The translations under genes and the position numbers were made by a program. 64,000 nt of DNA from a virus (taxonomy: Duplodnaviria; Caudoviricetes), in IMG/VR virus record IMGVR_UViG_3300042539_001740. One strand, written 5' to 3'. The notes beneath the pieces were generated by a model. The model was not told the origin of the DNA, did not search any database, and saw only the letters and a list, made by a program, of their open reading frames with translations. Of this stretch, positions 60,373-64,000 are shown one piece after another (position 1 is the first letter of the stretch; each line of letters starts with the position of its first letter).

Positions 60373-61098
60373 TTATGTGACGATAATGTTACAACAATAA
60401 CATCCTGATATAGAAACATTACTTAAAGTGTAATTTTCAACACTTTGACCTAAATAACAAGCGACATCTTGGTTTTTAGTTGTAGTTGTATATGTTGTTA
60501 ATATTAAAGTATCTGAATTTGTATAAGTGAGATTGTTCCATCCCTCAGTGTACGAAGTGATGTAAACATTTTGATTTTGACAACCTGGTGTTGGATTATA
60601 AGTTGTACTCAAAGTCGAACTTGAGTATGAAATAGATTGTGTGACACTATTTTTAACCAAGTCACTCGTTGACGTTGTTGTAGAAGTACCTGAGAATGGA
60701 GAAGATTTTGAAGTATTTAAATGTACCAAATTAAATGTTATAGTTACACCACTTGGTAAACTTGGAAACACTGAAATAGTTGTATCGTATTTTTTTGTTA
60801 ATGTTGTATTGTTATTAACTATTGTTGTTGACGAAGTATTAATTGTAACGTTGTATGTTATTGAATTATTCGATGTGTTTAGAATAACAGAATTTGTTGA
60901 TGTTTCACCCGACACGTCTTTTACAATAACAGAGTATTGACCAGGACATAAATTACTAAATAATGGTGTATTAAAATAGGTTAAACCATTATTAATTGAG
61001 TAGGAATATGGTGGTGTTCCATTGTAACCTTGAATTGCAAAAGAACCATCACATCCACAAATTGTATCATTTATATTAACAGTTGAAGTTAAAATCAT
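60373..61098 (-). CDS. Thr/Ser-rich protein with one N-terminal SprB-like repeat
   Basis: CGCDGSFAIQGYNGTPPYSYSINNG..FSNLCPGQYSVIVKD. Confidence 0.65.
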   Translation of the reverse strand: MILTSTVNINDTICGCDGSFAIQGYNGTPPYSYSINNGLTYFNTPLFSNLCPGQYSVIVKDVSGETSTNSVILNTSNNSITYNVTINTSSTTIVNNNTTLTKKYDTTISVFPSLPSGVTITFNLVHLNTSKSSPFSGTSTTTSTSDLVKNSVTQSISYSSSTLSTTYNPTPGCQNQNVYITSYTEGWNNLTYTNSDTLILTTYTTTTKNQDVACYLGQSVENYTLSNVSISGCYCCNIIVT

Positions 61099-61101
61099 AT
61101 A

Positions 61102-63297
61102 TTAGCTTGTTGAAGTAAATGTGTATGTACTTGTTTTAGTACCCCCAGCAACTAAATTGGCTGTTAATGTAACTAAATAAGTATGTGTATTACCAATCGG
61201 AGGACACGGGCCTTCCCATCCTTGAGTATTTGAAGCACCTGGGTCACCTGTGGTTGGATTTATTGTCACACCACCAGGCCAAGGTATTGATGAACTAACC
61301 TGAGTGGTTGTATTTGGTATATTTGTTACATCCCAATGAATATATCCCGGATTGTCTAAATCTTCACAATAAATTTCAAAACTACTAATGTCTGAACTTG
61401 TTAAACCCCCCAACAAATACCATTTAAACCAAGGAGTTTCATTAGAACCACCACAAGCCCCTGAAAATTTAAATGTTGTTGGTATGTCACTATCATCTAA
61501 CGCCCACCAAGCATTAATTGTTAAAGATAAAAAGTCAGAACAAGCACCTATTGATGTTATAGTTTGTTGTTGAGGACTTGGAGGATTAACAGACATTGTC
61601 CATGCTCCTGAAGTTGGTGAACTTGGATATCCTTTGAATATAGTCCAAGTAGATGTACCTAAAGCTGTATTTATAATACTACTTGTTGATGCCGATAACG
61701 ACCATACTCCCGAAGTACCAACAGATGGGTTAAAATATACAATTTCATTACCAGAATTTGATATCCAAGATGTTTGGCCATTTATATAAGTGTTATATTG
61801 GAAAGTAATTTGAGTTGTGGTTGGAGTAGGTGTACCGCCAGTCCTTTTGGTTGTCGTAATTGACATACAGAAAATATTTTCTAAATAGTTTGGAACTGGA
61901 GGTAAAGTTGTTGTTGATGTTGTAGTCGTTGTAAAACCAGGTACTGTACAAGTTGTTGTGAAAGTATAGTCACCATAATAGTCACTAACAACGGCAGTAT
62001 AACTACCAGTAGATAGACCATTTATTGTCTTACCACCTATTAGTGTAGCACCATTAGGAAAAGTCCATTCTATTGTGTATGGAGGAACACCACCAACGAT
62101 ACTTAATGTTATTGAACCATTTGAACTATCAGGGTTTCCAGTAATATTTGTTACATTACAGATTACGTTTAATGGTTGTATAGTGAGTACGTTACAATCA
62201 TTTACTGGTATATAACCCGAGTTTATATATGACCTAGTTGTTGTAGTTGTCGTTGAAGTGGTAGGTGTTACACCAGTACAAGGTGTTCTTAAAACTTGTG
62301 AACAAAAAGGTGAACCCGAACATGTTACTAATGTAAATCCACTCGAACAAGTTAACCCAGTAACACCTGAATTATCAAAAGTAGTACCCGTTAAATCTCT
62401 TGTGGTGAATACGGTTACTAAGGTTAATGCTGATTGGGAAGTAATTGCACTCAAAGACGAAACACTACCTGAATAAATTTCAGCACCGAAACCACCAGTA
62501 GCTCCTGTACTTGAATTTAGACCTTCCATTTGAATATAATTCGGTCCTGCTGGTAAAGTTATTGGGAAAACTGACCAAGTTGAAAAAGTTTGACCATGTG
62601 TTCTATAAGCTGAAAATGAATTGTACTGATTACCGAAAGTAAAACCACTTGTATTAGCTTCAACTAATAACACACCATTTAATTTAAATCTGTAAAAATC
62701 GTCAGCACCCATTCCCAAATAATAGGTTTGAGATGTTGGATTATTGAAACAAGCAGTGAAACCAATCCATTCATTTGCTGGAGAAAAAGGTGATGTTGTT
62801 GTTGGCCAAACACCTGAGTAATTTAATCTACCTGGTGAATTGGGTAGAAAAGTTGTTGATTTATTACCCCATACTGTATTAGAATTAGCACATGGCCAAA
62901 TTCTAGGTCCGTGAGTTGTTGCACTTAATGAACAACTTTCTAATAAACCACTTGGAGAAACAATACTTTGACCAGCACCCGGGCCTCCCAAAATATAATT
63001 TAAAGTTCTATCCTTCAAACTTTTGGTAGTATCAGAATCTATAAAAAATGATGTGTTGAATAAGGGTGTCCCATTTTTTGTTTGAGAACCAGTTGTAATT
63101 CCTGTCAGTATAATTGGAAACGTCAAATTAGTTATGTCTTCATAAAAAATTGTCCCCATATATCCGTTGGTAGAAAACTGACCTGCTTTCAAAACAACAA
63201 GAGTTGAGGCAGAACCACTGGTTGATGCGGTTACTTCTCTTATACACTCAGAATTATCAGGTGCTGCGGTATAACCAGATGGACAAAAACAACTCAT
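61102..63297 (-). CDS. Modular putative fibre / receptor-binding protein: lectin/PA14-like domain, poly-Thr linkers, SprB repeat and C-terminal PEBP (YbhB/YbcL) domain
   Basis: YYLGMGADDFYRFKLNG..W...PITLPAGPN.I..EG.N (lectin-like); GSITLSIVGGVPPYTIEW (SprB); GSNETP...W..EDLDNP..IHWDVTNIP..GWEGPCPP.GNTHTY (PEBP). Confidence 0.7.
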   Translation of the reverse strand: MSCFCPSGYTAAPDNSECIREVTASTSGSASTLVVLKAGQFSTNGYMGTIFYEDITNLTFPIILTGITTGSQTKNGTPLFNTSFFIDSDTTKSLKDRTLNYILGGPGAGQSIVSPSGLLESCSLSATTHGPRIWPCANSNTVWGNKSTTFLPNSPGRLNYSGVWPTTTSPFSPANEWIGFTACFNNPTSQTYYLGMGADDFYRFKLNGVLLVEANTSGFTFGNQYNSFSAYRTHGQTFSTWSVFPITLPAGPNYIQMEGLNSSTGATGGFGAEIYSGSVSSLSAITSQSALTLVTVFTTRDLTGTTFDNSGVTGLTCSSGFTLVTCSGSPFCSQVLRTPCTGVTPTTSTTTTTTRSYINSGYIPVNDCNVLTIQPLNVICNVTNITGNPDSSNGSITLSIVGGVPPYTIEWTFPNGATLIGGKTINGLSTGSYTAVVSDYYGDYTFTTTCTVPGFTTTTTSTTTLPPVPNYLENIFCMSITTTKRTGGTPTPTTTQITFQYNTYINGQTSWISNSGNEIVYFNPSVGTSGVWSLSASTSSIINTALGTSTWTIFKGYPSSPTSGAWTMSVNPPSPQQQTITSIGACSDFLSLTINAWWALDDSDIPTTFKFSGACGGSNETPWFKWYLLGGLTSSDISSFEIYCEDLDNPGYIHWDVTNIPNTTTQVSSSIPWPGGVTINPTTGDPGASNTQGWEGPCPPIGNTHTYLVTLTANLVAGGTKTSTYTFTSTS

Positions 63298-63312
63298 TAA
63301 TTAGATTTTAAA

Positions 63313-63320
63313 TATAAATA
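63313..63320 (-). promoter_or_regulatory. TATTTATA box
   Basis: 15 nt upstream of ATG 63297 on the minus strand. Confidence 0.6.
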
Positions 63321-63323
63321 GAT

Positions 63324-64000
63324 TTATTGATTGTTTTGAACAATCTTTTTCATTATTTCGATGTATTTTATTGTTGAACTATTTTTCTCCACGTAATCAA
63401 AAAAATTAATGTTGGTTTTCAATTTATCTAAAGGACTTACATTAATAAATTCACCTTTATAAAATTTTGAAGATTTCAAGTCATCGGTAACACCTGCCAT
63501 ATGTAGTATTGAATGTTGATTATAAATCTCCATTGAATCTGTTGCCCACGAAAAACTTAATTCATCTGATATTTTAGTTTCATAATTATGTAACCATAAA
63601 TTCCACAATAAAGACCACATTTCTGCTGTCCAAAATTGTATTTCACCAGGACTTATCGGAAATCTTTTTTGGTAACTCAACATTTGGTCATAAAGTGGTG
63701 TACAATCTTCATAAATTTTTTTCCATAGTTCTTTTGTCGTGTTTTTCAACAAATACTGACCACCACCTGAGTTAAGTTGGTTTTCTTTTATAGTATTAAC
63801 ATCAATTCCTATAATATCACTCATTTCTCTCAAAAGTTGACCTTTTTGTGAGTTTGGATGTCTTCCTTCATATCTTTTACAACAATCCATAATGTAGTTG
63901 TAACCAATATAACCGATTGTATCTGATAAATAATTTATTTCATCTTTGAGTAATGAATTGAAATCAGGTAATTTTCTGAATACAATATCAGCATCGTGTA
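63324..64000 (-). CDS. GT-A-fold glycosyltransferase-like protein (SERGT1/HPAT-like), 5'-truncated by the window edge
   Basis: The frame stays open beyond the track start at 63890 to the window end, adding HDADIVFRKLPDFNSLLKDEINYLSDTIGYIGYNYI. It contains a DxD motif (DAD), WTAEMW and ILHMAG. Confidence 0.65.
   Translation of the reverse strand, partial: HDADIVFRKLPDFNSLLKDEINYLSDTIGYIGYNYIMDCCKRYEGRHPNSQKGQLLREMSDIIGIDVNTIKENQLNSGGGQYLLKNTTKELWKKIYEDCTPLYDQMLSYQKRFPISPGEIQFWTAEMWSLLWNLWLHNYETKISDELSFSWATDSMEIYNQHSILHMAGVTDDLKSSKFYKGEFINVSPLDKLKTNINFFDYVEKNSSTIKYIEIMKKIVQNNQ

Noticed and set aside
98-62476. Short ORFs in the track that overlap long genes on the opposite strand or in another frame (e.g. 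98-427, 22816-23196, 29037-29597, 60641-60940)
   Set aside because: They are shadows of the real genes, with hydrophobic or low-complexity translations typical of antisense frames, no upstream boxes and no recognisable motifs.
2698-63890. ORF-track starts at 2715, 10048, 39202, 55141 and 63890
   Set aside because: The first four extend into promoter boxes, terminators or upstream genes; better starts are 2697, 10081, 39250 and 55150. The last ORF remains open beyond 63890 to the window edge.
1-64000. Alternative genetic code (stop-codon recoding) as seen in some large phages
   Set aside because: Genes are full length in code 11, and TAG (28720, 29709) and TGA (15973) act as normal stops.
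1-64000. Interpretation as a eukaryotic giant virus, or as a bacterial eCIS/T6SS locus
   Set aside because: Sheath, tube, tape measure, baseplate and probable neck genes together with phage replication genes (gp32-like SSB, DnaB, RecA, RNR) indicate a contractile-tailed phage.
1-64000. tRNA, rRNA, integrase, transposase or reverse transcriptase/DGR
   Set aside because: No cloverleaf-like intergenic sequence or corresponding protein motifs were seen, and intergenic gaps are short and AT-rich.

Overview
This window is a fragment of a large, AT-rich tailed dsDNA phage with a contractile tail (myovirus morphotype). The host is probably Bacteroidota: there are SprB-type repeats and A-rich, Shine-Dalgarno-less translation starts. 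Gene order from left to right: (i) a minus-strand block with a partial probable neck gene, an 872-aa Mn/Fe-SOD-containing multidomain protein and an SNF2 helicase; (ii) neck/tail completion genes, a small unlisted ribbon-helix-helix gene, tail sheath, a free-standing homing-endonuclease-like cassette, a HAD hydrolase, tail tube, tail assembly chaperone, tape measure, tube initiator, LysM protein and hub; (iii) a replication block (SSB, RecA/UvsX, C5 methyltransferase, 5'-3' exonuclease, DnaB, NrdB, NrdA); (iv) a baseplate wedge operon; (v) a convergent minus-strand fibre/adhesin operon ending in a RuvC-like resolvase. A TATTTAT(A) box precedes about 16 gene starts on both strands and is a likely late promoter. 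The strongest candidates for new biology are: a glycosyltransferase resembling plant SERGT1/HPAT peptidyl O-glycosyltransferases next to fibre genes with mucin-like poly-Thr linkers (possible virion O-glycosylation); an SOD fused to two PD-(D/E)XK-like domains with protease-site-like junctions; an unlisted +1 frameshift (UUU_CGC) in the tail chaperone; a PEBP/YbhB domain at the end of a fibre protein; a multi-pass hydrophobic segment in a 1782-aa baseplate-operon protein; and apparent genome-wide GATC avoidance. All family assignments are by-eye motif recognition and were not checked by database search.
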